A stretch of 64,000 nucleotides of DNA from Gnetum montanum (Eukaryota > Plantae > Gnetophyta), in contig MNCI01003108.1 of the NCBI GenBank assembly GCA_015680685.1, positions 238,241-302,240 on the forward strand, written 5' to 3'. Made by a program: the position numbers and the translations under genes. Shown one piece after another: positions 39,093 through 52,666 of the stretch (positions within the stretch are counted from its first letter, which is position 1; each line of letters starts with the position of its first letter). Below the pieces are notes generated by a model. The model had not been told where the DNA came from and did no database searches. It saw only the letters and a list, made by a program, of their open reading frames with translations.

Positions 39093-42000
39093 TGTTGGCG
39101 ACCGTTTGGGATGTGACCGCCAACGAGTGTCCTCGAACAGGATTTAGGTGCTTGCTGGTCTCTGGCAACACCAAGGCCCAGATACCTCCAAATAGACTCA
39201 GTAGTTAATGTGAGTATGTGTGTGTGCTGTTGCAGCTTGCGGTTGTGAAAAATGAAACGATTGCGTTGTGTATAAACTACAAATGACTTATTAATAAGAG
39301 ATTCAGCCAACTTTACCAAGTACCGTGAGTAGTTGAGAGTTTCTATTTTGTTCAATTGTCTAGTCTACGCGGTCCTTATAATACCTACTTGTAACAAATA
39401 AAATTNNNNNNNNNNNNNNNNNNNNNNNNNNNNNNNNNNNNNNNNNNNNNNNNNNNNNNNNNNNNNNNNNNNNNNNNNNNNNNNNNNNNNNNNNNNNNNN
39501 NNNNNNNNNNNNNNNNNNNNNNNNNNNNNNNNNNNNNNNNNNNNNNNNNNNNNNNNNNNNNNNNNNNNNNNNNNNNNNNNNNNNNNNNNNNNNNNNNNNN
39601 NNNNNNNNNNNNNNNNNNNNNNNNNNNNNNNNNNNNNNNNNNNNNNNNNNNNNNNNNNNNNNNNNNNNNNNNNNNNNNNNNNNNNNNNNNNNNNNNNNNN
39701 NNNNNNNNNNNNNNNNNNNNNNNNNNNNNNNNNNNNNNNNNNNNNNNNNNNNNNNNNNNNNNNNNNNNNNNNNNNNNNNNNNNNNNNNNNNNNNNNNNNN
39801 NNNNNNNNNNNNNNNNNNNNNNNNNNNNNNNNNNNNNNNNNNNNNNNNNNNNNNNNNNNNNNNNNNNNNNNNNNNNNNNNNNNNNNNNNNNNNNNNNNNN
39901 NNNNNNNNNNNNNNNNNNNNNNNNNNNNNNNNNNNNNNNNNNNNNNNNNNNNNNNNNNNNNNNNNNNNNNNNNNNNNNNNNNNNNNNNNNNNNNNNNNNN
40001 NNNNNNNNNNNNNNNNNNNNNNNNNNNNNNNNNNNNNNNNNNNNNNNNNNNNNNNNNNNNNNNNNNNNNNNNNNNNNNNNNNNNNNNNNNNNNNNNNNNN
40101 NNNNNNNNNNNNNNNNNNNNNNNNNNNNNNNNNNNNNNNNNNNNNNNNNNNNNNNNNNNNNNNNNNNNNNNNNNNNNNNNNNNNNNNNNNNNNNNNNNNN
40201 NNNNNNNNNNNNNNNNNNNNNNNNNNNNNNNNNNNNNNNNNNNNNNNNNNNNNNNNNNNNNNNNNNNNNNNNNNNNNNNNNNNNNNCAAGTGTCTTCATG
40301 GTAATCAAAATTAAAATTAGTTACAAATATCATAGTTGTAACTATCATAGGAAGTTACAACTTCCATAAGAACAAAAGGGATAATAGCCAACTATCCCCT
40401 TTATATAGGATGTTACACAAATATCCCATAACTTTCTTTTCCTTTTTAAATCATAAAATATTTTCTTTAAATCATAGTAATAGAGATAGTAACCATGGAG
40501 TTGTTGCATACATGGATAGATAAAATATATGCGTATGTAGGTATAGCCAAATGCATAAGTGGAGTTGCAATGCCACGTTTTCAGCATAAGGTAGATGTCA
40601 TGTAAAGCACCGCTGGTTGCATACATTAGTGACTCTTGGCTTACCCAACACATGGTCCAATTGTTGTTGCAATAACATGAAATCACAAGAGCCATCACTA
40701 CCGTAGCTACTCCTGCCATGAAACACCAGAGAGGTGCACGCTTACGTCCATTGTTTGGTACTGTCGTTTCTATCAGGTACATTACATAGTTGTAGTGTCA
40801 CCAGTGTTGTTTCCATGAGTGAAGTCACTGCCCTAGCATATGAAGCTAGGGATCACACGGTGGAAGGTGGAACCCTTGTAATGCAGAGGCTTCCCACTTC
40901 GACTAGTGCCCTTCTTGCCTGTACACAGCACACAAAAGTTCTCTGCCATCCTTGGAACCACATCCTTGTAAACCTCCATCACAACACGCCCGGCAGGGAC
41001 ACCATCAATCTCGAGGTCAAAGAAAACAGTCAGGCTCTTCATTCTGTCTCGATCAGATCACGTACAAAAATAGAAATCGTCAAAGATCGACAAACCCTAG
41101 TACTTCTGCAAAATCCACTGATGCCTGCAAATCAGCTGCTATCTCACCATTTCTGCAAACTAACGAAGAACCAAAGAATGAACCGTGGCTGAAACAGTAA
41201 TGTTGAAAATCAGTATTGCAGGACCTCCTGGTAGAGCAGCATTCTTCTGGCTTGTTCACCTCCATCAGATTGCCAACGGCAGCTCAACAAAACCCTTGGC
41301 CGTCGTGAAATTCATCCACAGCAACTTCTTTATTCTTAGTTTTCCAAAACCGTGATTCTACTTCAAAGGCATCCTTAATTTTAGAATCTGATCCATAAGA
41401 ATTGATACTAGTGGTCGTAGTAATTCACGTGTTGTACCTGGAAACAGTAAAAATAGGCCTCCAAAGTTTGAATCACAGGCATTATTTGCCATAATTTCCT
41501 CCTGGGGATGGGCCTTGTTGACATCATCTAGTTTATTTGTTGTCTGTTTCCCTTTAACAGCTTACTGATCAACATATTGCCTAAACTTTTCCATTCTTTG
41601 ACAAGTTCGTATTTCTTTTGAAATTCTTTCCAAATTATTTTAGGCAGAGTGCAGATACCTTCAACAAATATGGGCAGCCTAAAACACTGTTTTCTACCAC
41701 CTTTCCCTAAGGATAGCTCTTGCTCATTCTTTATCAGTATCCAAATGATCAATTCTTGAAAGTATTTCTAACAATAAAGAATTCCTTGCTTGTCAATTCA
41801 TTCACCATTGGCACATTATCTCTTGCAATCTTCTATTCACTGTCTTTCATATGTGCATCATTATTTCCACCAATAATGTGGTCTCCCAGATATGCATGCC
41901 TTTCCTCCTTAAGGGCTCCATGCAAGGAATTCTTTAGTTGATGATGTAGACAACCAATGATGTTGCTTTGAGGACAATACTCTAGTATACCTAATCCACC

Positions 42001-42316
42001 TCACAGCATGTTCCAAATGAGAGTTAGACAAACCTCTGGAATATCCACAAAAGAGATGGGCACGTAAAAGTTCCAACCTAGTGAATTTTGAGAAGCAAAA
42101 TCATATGCTTGTTTCCCATGCTAAGTATCAGTCTAATTGATAATCCAGAGAATTAAAATTAGGGAGAATAAATGCAGCCCATCTCATCCAATCTTTTTTA
42201 GCGAGTGACAGGAATCAATACCTTCATCTTGCCATTTCAATAGTTCTATTGAAATATTTTGAAGGTTTCAATCATCAAATATCTTTGTTCCATGAAATGG
42301 CCAAAATGTGCCAACA
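39093..42316 (-). mobile_element. 3.2-kb LTR-like insertion (probable long solo LTR) with TGTTGGC...GCCAACA ends, TSD CTTTC/CTTTG
   Basis: Removing it restores the RT motif VIVPKKGDKWR; 7-bp inverted termini; AATAAA on the minus strand at ~39290; contains an ~880-nt N gap. Confidence 0.8.
40796..41042 (-). pseudogene. Cyclophilin (cytosolic CypA/ROC-type peptidyl-prolyl isomerase) 5' fragment
   Basis: [80 protein letters not shown]; has the divergent RSGKPLH loop; the Q of MCQGGDF is TAG; homology ends before the C-terminal half. Confidence 0.93.
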
Positions 42317-43944
42317 CTTTGTTTGGAACAATGACTAAGAGACTAACCCATTCACTATCTGCGGTCAAATAGAGGAATCCTACCTTTAATAGCTTTTCCA
42401 ATTCCTATATTACTACTTCTTTGAGCTTACGATTCAATCTTCTTTGAGGCTGGCAATGTGGTTTGACAGCTGGATCTGTATAAATTTAGTGTTGACATAT
42501 ACATGGGTTGATGCCTGTTATTCCATTATAGGACCATGTGAATGTTATTAGCCATTTATTCATCACTTCCAATAATCTTTTCTTTTGTTATTTATCAATG
42601 TTGGTGTTAATGATTACTAGTTTTTTATTATTCAGAAAAGCATATACTAGTACCTCTAGTAGGGCTTTTAACTCTAACATTTCTTGTTCAAATTTGTATG
42701 GTATCTCTAACTATTCCCACTCAATGTCTTCTTCTTAATGTAAATGCACATAGGGGTGTTTCCTCCTTAACTATTCTAACTTATTGGTTTCTTCAACATA
42801 AGCATGTATGATTTGATTGGTTAATTCCATATATATTTTAGATTCTGTCTCTTTATCGTTAATCTGCGTCTAGGTGCCTTCTTGTTTGGTAGCTGCCACA
42901 TACAAACATTGCTACACACACATTTCTTCTACACATTGATTGCATGATGTATTAATTTCTTATTTTATAGCCTATATTTTTTTTCACGCAATTACACCCA
43001 TTATCACTATATGTTATACAAGAAACTTGGCATCTTTGTATAATTCCAACTTCATCTTCCTTGAAAATTTTCAAGGACAAGTCTCTAATTCCTAGCTTAG
43101 CATCCATAGTGCTAAGCCATGCTCTTCCCATGATTATAGGAAACTCTCCCTTGTTTTTCCCCATGTGTATTACTAAGAAGTAAAAAGGGTAAGACCAGCC
43201 ACATATGGTGGTGATGAAATCATCCACTTTTCTAAGTGGAATAGTGATTGACTAGTCTACAAGGTCTAATCAGATATTGCTCAAAAATCAAAATTTTTTA
43301 GCCATGATGTTGCATCTACTATGTTGCATCACCTACGATGTCAAAGCTATGATGTTGCATCTCCGATGTTGTGGTCATAAAAATCTATATATACATAGTG
43401 AGCTAGAAACATTTTTCATTCTACCATTTCATAGTATGGGGAGTTCATGTAGTTTTTCTGAGCTCTGACACTTGAACTTTCAAACACCATAACTTCCTCA
43501 CCACAACCTTGATTTGCATGATTCTTGAACCCAGTTGAACTTGGAGTGCTTAACTTAGTTGTGGGGGGGGGGGGGGGGGGNGATAATGAGGGTTGAGCCA
43601 AAATTTTCTAATACCATGAGATAATATTAAGGGTAAGTATAAGAATAAATAAGAATATTTTAATCAACTAAGAAAATAAAAGCTAATAGACTTAACCGAT
43701 TCTCCTAACCAACCATTCAATGTTATAATAAACAAGAAAATGAAAAATGTGAAAGGTCATAACAATCAAAGATATAACAATTAAGCATTTCTTTTTGAAT
43801 TTCTCTAACTCTATAATCATAATAAGGGTCATAACTAATAATAAAGATAGAAATTAGATTAAACCAAGGATCCGAGAAAGGATTATGAGCTATTAGAAAC
43901 ATATTTAAAATCCTTTGATAACCTTAAATTCTTAATGATTGTAA

Positions 43945-45758
43945 ATGGCTCCTAAAAGGCCTACCACAAAAGGACACAAGCATTAGGTTCTACACCTGCA
44001 AGTAACATGCCAACAATAAAATAGTAGCAATAAGTAGGACTTGATGGGTCAACACCTACTGGTGATAAACCTGAATAGTAAGCTCCACCACCACAACAAG
44101 ATTATCGACCTTTAATGAGTCACCAACAATAAATTGTAGAAACCATTAGCTGGGGAATAAGGGAATGTTTTGCTCAATAGAAAGTAAGAGACAACTTTGT
44201 AAGCTCTATGATCTCCATAGCACCTACTAGTGGGCAAGTATCTTTGCAGGTAGGAGAAGATGATGAATAGACACAACAAATCTCAGGGAATGCTTCATCA
44301 TTCTAGGTAATGTTAGAAACCAAGGAAGGTGCCACAATAGTGTTCATGCAACACCAAGATACAACAAGAGTAGTAGAACATATCAAAGAATCTTTTAATG
44401 TTCCTATTGTGCCACCTGTAGATATTTTTGAAGCTAGAGATGTTCAAATGTTAATGATCCTAATAGAGTATGAGGATGTCCTTGACATACTGCTGTAGAC
44501 GAGCCAAGTTATGCATAATCTCTTCGATATCACCTGTGGTATCACTATAATGCAATCTAATTTCATAGTCGCAAAAGAAAAGTTGGTCATGGAAGAAATA
44601 AGGGTAGAGCATGTAGAGAATGAGGTGCAGAGGCTACAAGGAGTTAGTAGCTTTAAGAGCAGAGAAAAGAGACCCTGCACAATATGTAGCCCTGAACTAG
44701 CTAGAAGCTTCCATAAATGATCAGGTTAGGTAGTCAATCATAAAAAATATTTAGGTTGAGATGGAGAATGAGAAGGGTGTGTGGAACACATTTATGGCTG
44801 AATCCCAAACACATGCACATGCCAAAGCCATCACTACCTTGGAAGAAGAGAATAAAAGCTTGCTATTAAAAACACAAGGTTGATAGACATTGAGAAGGAA
44901 AAGAATGTTCTTGAGTAAAGTATTTATCAGTTGCAAGAATACTTAATCTGCCTAAACTAGGATATGAACAAATTGGCCCAAGAGAAAAGAACCTTGTCAA
45001 TGGAAGAAGTTCATGCATTTTGCCAAAAGTCAGCAATTGAAATAAGCGTGTGGAAAAATGAGGTCAAGAGGCATGAGAATCTCCAGATGGGTATATAAAA
45101 CTAGATCAATCAGAAGGAGATCCAGATGGTGAAGGCCAAGATCAACTCCATTACATAAACACCAAATTATTAGCCCATTCTAAATAGCCTTGACCATGTT
45201 CACTTTGCCGAAGTGAAAAATAAAAACCTACAGATAGAAAATTTAACAAAATACATAGGGTTAGCCAACATTTGATATGCTAACCTGGCCATGTTAATAA
45301 TAGGTAGGCTAAGAAATGAGCTTAAGCAATAGGTAGCTATAGTATATGTTATGTATGAAATGGACTTTGTAGATCAAAAGGACACCTAACAGAAATTACA
45401 TGTGGAAATATTTGTGTTAGAAATTATTAAGGCTAGCTACTAGGAATAGAAAGTGATTGTAGCAAACTTGACATGCCATATGACAAACTATTAAGAACAT
45501 AGAAAGGTGGCCATAGCTTTTGAAGAGGAGAGAAGGCAATTTGTGGCTTGGTACGTGAAAGCTAACAAGATGTTCTCACAACTACCATGCTCATGGGATA
45601 TACCAATGTCATCCAACATCATCAAATTTTCATGGATAGTACATCATCCCTAATCAAAATAAGAAAAGCTTTAGGTGGTCCTAAACAAATATCAATTCCA
45701 AGAGCCTAATGATAAGGAAATGAATCGAATGGAGGAGCCTCCATCACCTGGAACATAA
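43945..45758 (+). pseudogene. Accessory ORF of element C (internal deletion of the Transposase_32-like domain)
   Basis: Starts MAPKRP; 'ETISWG', 'EYEDVLD', 'QKSAIEISVW', 'AWYVKANKMFSQLPCSW'; ends EEPPSPGT*; clearly homologous to 781-3510. Confidence 0.85.
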
Positions 45759-45972
45759 AGGCCACATTGAGCTATTTTGTTTTGTTTTGTTTTGTCTTAT
45801 TATTTTCAACTATGTTAATTTTGTAAAAACACTGCTCGAAACATAATGCAACATTTAAAGTCATGTATATAGTTAGTCATGTCAAGTTTGAGTCTACCTC
45901 CCAATTTTATAAGGAACTTTATTCTCATTTTATTTTAAATTGAGGATGAGTTTCCAATTAATCATGAGGGTA

Positions 45973-46871
45973 TGATAAATTCAATTTTTTTGCAAGCACA
46001 ATATTGTAGATCTGATATTGCATCTATGATAACGTAGCTACGATATCATAGATCATCCTATTTCATTGTTGGTGCAATGTCTTAGAAGCTATGAAGCCTT
46101 ATAAATACTAGCACATGGTTGTACCAGTAACAACAATTTCATTCCACCCCTCGCTAGACTCTTACAATTTGTTTTTGTAGTTAGTGATAGAGTGAATTCC
46201 CGCATTGTGGTATTAAGCAATTGTACGGTATCTTTATTCGTGTGGATTGTACTTGGACATAATTCATGAGCGGAAATAAAGATTGAGATTATTTTCCACC
46301 ATTACAGCATCCACTTAGTTCTTTTATTACACTTAGCTAATTTCTTACTTAGTTTAATTTCCATATTTACTTTAGCTTAATTCTTTACATTTTCAAAGCA
46401 CTTTACTTTACATGTTCATTAGTAAGGCAAAATGTGTATGACTAATTTCGAGCATTAAGTGTAAATGTTTAGTAACCTAGTAGTGGCTTCACTTGATTTA
46501 CTTGGTAGTGAACTCACTTGGTAATCCCAATAATAGTTACATGAGCCCAAGATGTGATTGGCAAGCTAGGACTAGATGCTCATTGCCATAGGCTAGAGTA
46601 GATTTACATTCCTGTCATTACTTAAACTTAAATTTTAATTTCACTTTCATTATGTTTACATATTGAACCTAACAACATTAACATATCATATGTCTTACTA
46701 AGAGTTAACCATACACTTGAACTTCACTATCTCAAATTGGGAAGATAAAAATCATGAACCTACCATCAACTCTTAGCATACTTACATTATCCATCGACGA
46801 ATTACAATCTGGTCATGCACATGCACTCGTGACTTGTATGGTGGAGTGTTTGGATACCCTACCACTCATTA
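45973..46871 (+). repeat. 3' LTR of element C
   Basis: PPT AATCATGAGGGTA then TGATAAA; ends CTCATTA followed by the TSD. Confidence 0.9.
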
Positions 46872-48888
46872 AACTTTTTTTGTACTTTTTTGTTTTACAA
46901 TGTTTTTTTAATTTTTCTTTTCTTATAAAATTTCCTTTTTTGAAGTCTTTTTGTTATTCATGTTGTATGTTTTATGCTTGAAGTTTTATGTTTTATATTT
47001 TTTATCAATAAATATTTTCACTTTAATGTAAAAAGCAAGTTTATTTTTTTGGTTATTTCTTATGCTATTAAGATATTGGGTAAATAATTATGTAAAGTAG
47101 TGAGATCATATCATCCATCCCTTTGGTCTCTATGAATAAGATACTTTCTTCATGAAAGTAATATGGTTATTCTCACATGAAAACTAAAATTAACTTATGA
47201 TTACGATTCTTTGATGAAAGGGGGAAGGATCAATAGAGAATAGAAAATGGTGTGACATCAAGAAGACTTGTTGATTACTTGTACTTCATTTATGGTTCTT
47301 ACTACTCCATGTAGATATATCATTGCTTGTGTTTTGATTTTGATGGAAGGATATTATCTAATAAAGTTGTTATCTTACTATGTCACTAGAAAGACATGTT
47401 ACCCATGCGTGAATGTTTTATGTTACCCACACCTGAAGGTAGGCTACTTCCAAGAATCTTAAGGTCTTTTGGACTAGTTCCATCATGTGACTGGAGAGAC
47501 ATGTTATCCAAGCCTAAAGGTGCATCACTAATGGGATTAGTATTTGTCTATGGGACTAGAAAGACATTCATCCATACTTGAATGCATCCCTCTAACGAAT
47601 GACCAAGAGTTCTCAAACTTAATGTTTTAATTAATTAATTATTTTCTTTTACTGAGTGATGGTGTTTTCATATGGTTGTGGTTACTCTCATGGTGGTAAG
47701 TTCAAGATGATACAATGCAATGTCACTGGCAAAGAAATGGACTCTTTCTAAAACTTGAATAGATAGGTATGATGGTCATCTTAATCACAATTATCATAAG
47801 AACCTGTTATGGACATGAAAAGGTATCTCATGTTCAAATCTCTACAATTCCTTCTCATTCCATTATTCACCTCACTACTATATGTGATTATATACCTAAT
47901 GATCTTATTTAGTATAATGTAGGATCTTGATAACAAGAAGTTGTATGGCTATAGAACATTGGATTAATTGACATTCAATCTTCAACATGCTCATGGACAT
48001 CTTGTGAAATGGTTATACAAGAGTATTTAGGATAAAAGCTTACTTTAGAGAGAACCCACTTGTATAAATTTTGGACATCTAATCTATGCACCACCTCCAT
48101 ATGCCCAAATCATCAAAGCACAACTTCATGAATTAATTGCATCATTACTTTAGCTCAATCTCTTTGTAAACCTCTTATTTAACATCCCAACTCTCAAGAA
48201 TTATGCTTTAATCATATATCAAATTACTATCAATGCTTGATCATACTATTTTCATGTCTAAACACTTCCTATTACTCTTGTTTGACCCCAAGTTTGCTTT
48301 GAAATTCACAAAAATTAGGCTAGAAATCAAAAGAAAATCTTCAATGCAACTACCTATGTCAACATAGCTTCATTGACACATCAATGTTGAAGAGATCATA
48401 AAAACCTATAAATAGCCATGGAAGGTTAAAAATTTTTGTCATTTTTCTCATTCTATGAAGGGAGTTTTTATTATTCTAAAACTCTAGAAACTTTTAAGTA
48501 TGATATCTCACACACCAGGCACTCAATTCACATTATTTGAAAAACTATGACTTTCCAGAGTCAAGCTCTATGTTGTGGAAACTAGAAAGCTACAATTTTT
48601 TATACTTTTAAATGCTTAATTTTTTAACTGATATAATTAATCAAAAATAATAATTAAAATATTGATAATTTAATAATAAAATAACTTCCTTAGAACCTCG
48701 AAAATAACATTGATAATTTAATAATAAAATAGTTACCTTAGGATTTCTAGAACAATAAGATGTAATAACTTAGGATTGTTAGTATCAAATTTTTTAAAAT
48801 CAAGACAAAAGCCAAGGACAATCAAGGGGAATAATGCCTAATATATAAGTAATTAAAGACTAATGGCCAATATTTTTTGTGAATATAG

Positions 48889-51609
48889 ATAACATCTAGA
48901 AAAGATCTGCAAGTAAGAGGTTCATCTCAAATGAGGGAAAAGCAACCAAAAGGAGGATGTGGATAGGAATAAGAGCAACCATAAGGTGAAGCAAAGGCCA
49001 TGCATACAATTGAGTTCCTCACGAAAGAGATTGAAGTGAAATATGTCCAGTGAATATGAATAAAAAACACTGAACAGTTTATGCAAGATGAAGTACTTAG
49101 ACTAAGGCTAGTATGGAGATCACATTCATAGAGGCTTTTCTAGAAAAGATTCAAGCAAAGAAAATTCAAAGCTCCATCTTGCAAGAGTTAGAATTTGGAT
49201 CCTTCCTAGGGTTTTGAATGTTACCAATATGATCCACCATTTCCACTAATGGAGAGTGATACCTTGGTGAAACTTATGTCTTTTGAAATAATCGTCAAGG
49301 AGATGCCACCATGAAATTTAAGGACATCACAATCTCTTACTTAATGGAGGCTATCATGGAAGCCTTGGAACTTCCTAACATGGAGACCAAACTAGCAAAG
49401 ATATCCACATAGTCTAATGTTGCGAGTAAGAAAGAGTGGACCCATAGATGTTATGGAGTAAACTAAAAGAACTATAGTGCACTTAACCAAGTGGAATGAG
49501 TTTACTTAAATATTGTAGTATGCAACCTGAATCCCATAGTATACCCAAGCAAAGTCACATCCTTCTCTACCAAAGCCTATGCTACATTTAGTAGGAATTT
49601 CTATTCAACTTGCACTAACTCATCTTCCTCAAAATAGAGAAACACTTTAAATAAAATAAGAAGAGTAGGAAGACACTACCTTTTCTATGCTTAATTAGAA
49701 AACTCTGCAAAAGAGGAAGGATAATCTGCTACTCAAATAACATCCTTAGAAGAGCCATTATAACATCATGGTAGGAGATAATGAAGGAGAAGCCACCTTT
49801 GTAGCTTTAGGACGATGGACCACTCCCATGAGCCAAGGTAAATCATGTGTATGAGAAATATTGAGACAGTTAAGGAAACAATACTAAGTACTTGGTGGCA
49901 AATCTATGGACTATTCCATTATAATGAATCATTAAAATAAAGTTTCCTAAGCTCTACACTAGTAGTAGAATGATTTTTCGAATCTATTCTCTACATGCAA
50001 AAGTTAGGCCACTATTCAAGTTAACCCTATTGTAAGGGGAGTTGTAATATTTATACCATCTAAACAAATGCCAAATTTTTTGGATAATGTTACAGCTTTC
50101 TCTATGATGCTTGAGTAAATGGAAGGTATGAAAATGGTGATCATCCAACACAAAGAGTGGGAAATAGCTTTAAAGATGATGACAAATCACATAAGAGAAG
50201 CACTAAAGGTTTCTACAACACCTATTCCATACTTTGTTGCTATGGTCAACATTCAAATATCTACAAGAACCAATTCTAGGGGTACAACTATACCATAGCA
50301 TGAGGAAGTGTTGGACAAACTAGAGGGCATTATGCTCATAATTCTAGATTTATTTTACATTCCAAAACATATCACATCCTATTCTACCTTGATCAAGATA
50401 AGGGAAAAGATCATAATTATCAAAACAAAACTTCAGAAAGCTACAACATTGAATCCACAATTAGTAGCTAAAGTTACATAACTCAAAGCTTTCTTGTCTA
50501 ATCTTACTATTCTCCAAGTAGGCATGACAAGTGATGAGACATTTGAACAACTTAAAATCAAACAATAGTAGATGAAGATGAAAAAAGAGATGGTCACTTG
50601 GAATGCATCCTTAATAGAGGTGATATTGAATGGTGCAAAAAAGGACCTTTCTAGGTGTGCAAGGAGAATAAATATTTGGAAAAAGAAAATCATTGATTAC
50701 TTAAGATTGAAAAGCAAAAGAAATAATTTGAGTACCTTAACTAACAACAAGAGAAATTGGTAAAAGTCAATGTAGACATGCAAAGATTAGCAACTGAAAA
50801 TAGAAATCTCTTAATGGAGAAAGTACATAAAATAAGGTAGAAATTGGTAATTGAGATATTCACCTAGAAAAATTGAGATCATAAAGTATGAAAAATTCAA
50901 GAATTATTATAGGGAATAGGTTGGCATATAGAAGGAGATCAACAAAAAAGAAATTCAATTAGTCAAATCCAAAGTCAATGAAGCCCTCTAGCAACTTCAA
51001 GACAATGCATTGCAACCCATCGTTGATGGACTAAATGCATATAACAAAGCTAAAATCCATATGAAGAAGCTAAAAATTGAAGACATGATGAAGTATATGG
51101 AGTTAGCCAATCTCTAGTAAGCTTATCTAGCAATGTTGACTATTGGAAAGCCTAGATCTAAATGGAAAAGTTTGTGCTTATTATACGAAAATGAGTATAA
51201 GCTCCATAAGAAGGCATGCCAAAAACTAGAAGTATCTAACACAAAGCTTAAGATTCTTAAGAAATAATTTAAAGATCAAAGAATAGTAATTAAGAAGTTG
51301 GTTAAGAGAATTAGTAACTACCAAGAGCTATGAAACATAATAAAGGCATTGGACATTGAACGCAAATAATTTGCTGCCTGGGTTATCAATGCTTATGAAA
51401 TGTTTCATATCTTGTCTTGTCCTTGGGAAGTGTCAACCACTACAACTCTAGGAAAATCAACATACACAATAAATGATTCTAGGACTAAGAAGGAAAATAT
51501 GAGAGCCTTGATTAATGCATTTCAACTGAGATCAGTAATAGCAGGATAGCCACACTATGCACCAAAGTAGCAGAAGCCATAAGAGTCACCACCACCTAGA
51601 ACAACTTAA
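48889..51609 (+). pseudogene. Accessory ORF of element D (heavily decayed)
   Basis: Decayed start ATA ACA TCT AGA AAA; 'YLGETYVF*NN', 'EALELPN', 'LPFLCLIRKLCKRGRI', 'LSCPWEV'; ends SPPPRTT*; about the same length as the A copy. Confidence 0.8.
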
Positions 51610-51828
51610 GACAAATGTCTCAAATCATTCTTTTATACACACTAGTATAAGCCAAATTTGTAATGTATTCAACTTTGATTTACCAAAAATTGTAAACACT
51701 TGAACTAATTTTATAATGTAACACTTCAGTCAATCAATCAACTAGTCCAATCACTCCCATAATTTTCTAACCAACTTCATTCCAGTTTTGTTAACTCAAG
51801 GATGAGTTTTTAGTCAATCTTGGAAGTA

Positions 51829-52666
51829 TGATAAATGTCAATTTTTGTAAGTCAAGTCAATACAACAACATCAACATATGCATTATTTTATTAACACATC
51901 AACATTAATACAAGTTTAATAAATGCCTATATAAATGCACACATCCATCACATTTATGGTACCATTCGATTAGTAATATAGTAAAAAATTTTCAATTTCT
52001 TTTCATGAAAGTTTGTATTAGTCACTGATTACCTACAACATGAATCAAGTAGATTATACAAAATTTTATTTGAGTGATCATATACCTAAACACATTTTCA
52101 TGGTGACGATCAAACTAAGATTCATTTTCTTCATTATAGCACTTGGCTTATTTTTATAATTTCTTGAATTACAATTTATTGTAATTAATTCTCTAAGTTC
52201 AACACTTCATTAATTATTTTACTTTCATTACACTTAATCAAAATCACATAAGTATATTAACTTCAAGCATAAAAACATTAATGTTAGGTAATCTCAGCAG
52301 TATACCACTTGGTACACCTAGTAGTAGACACTTGGTAACCTAGCAACATTGATCTATGTTTAGGATGTGTACAACTAGTTGGGAACAAATGCTTCATGTT
52401 TAGGCTAGATCAAATTTATTTTGTACAGTTATGTTAATTAGTTAATAATTTTAGTATTTTAAGAATAATACTTTGATCATATGTCTCAATCATACTTAAC
52501 CATATAAATTAAGTGCAGACAAGTGTTATTGAATATAGCAACCAAAAATCTAATGCTTAGCTATCTAGACATGTATACTAGTCTCACTTCATAAAATTCA
52601 ACTAGATTATGCATGGATACCTGTAACTTGTTTGGTTGGATGTAGAGTCTACTTTATTGCTCAATA
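51829..52666 (+). repeat. 3' LTR of element D (family A-related, decayed)
   Basis: Follows GGATGAGTTTT...TGGAAGTA; TATAAAT ~51929; CTTGGTAACC repeats; 3' end approximate. Confidence 0.75.

Larger units (their letters stand above)
36640..43279 (-). pseudogene. Inverted pol of element C: protease C-half, RT, RNase H, integrase (RT split by insertion 39093-42316)
   Basis: 'FPIIMGRAWLSTMDAKL' (43.1 kb), 'DSEWVSLLVIVP' / 'KGDKWRVFIDF', 'FMDDFS' (~38770), integrase 'GINFMGP...IDYCIKWVE...FGVPCMLIFDNGTHF' (ORF 37155-37502), C-terminal 'LWEGF..VNIQQVKPY'. Confidence 0.9.
25331..46871 (+). mobile_element. Element C: full-length Athila-like element with TSD AACTT, an internal inversion and two nested insertions
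   Basis: LTR pair 25331-26221 and 45973-46871; AACTT at 25326-25330 and 46872-46876; PBS 26222-26241; PPT before 45973; gag-pro, pol (inverted) and accessory ORF inside. Confidence 0.9.
5150..52666 (+). mobile_element. Element D: old Athila-like host element (gag/protease ~5.2-7.75 kb, RT-RH-IN 22518-25210, accessory ORF 48889-51609, 3' LTR 51829-~52666), split by nested B and C
   Basis: Pol linker 'KLLIV' (7741) resumes as 'VMNK..FAW' at 22518 after B; post-integrase sequence resumes after the AACTT TSD at 46872; PPT and LTR at 51.8 kb. 5' LTR not seen. Confidence 0.65.

Noticed and set aside
39360-40348. Long ORFs in the ORF track (also 1883-2269 and 4030-4236)
   Set aside because: Artefacts of translating N gaps.
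40796-41042. Functional cyclophilin gene or proven retrocopy
   Set aside because: Premature stop and missing C-terminal half; plant cytosolic cyclophilins are often intronless, so lack of introns does not prove an RNA intermediate.
43563-43581. Poly-G tract as a functional element
   Set aside because: Homopolymer next to an N; likely slippage or a sequencing artefact at the internal PPT-like site.
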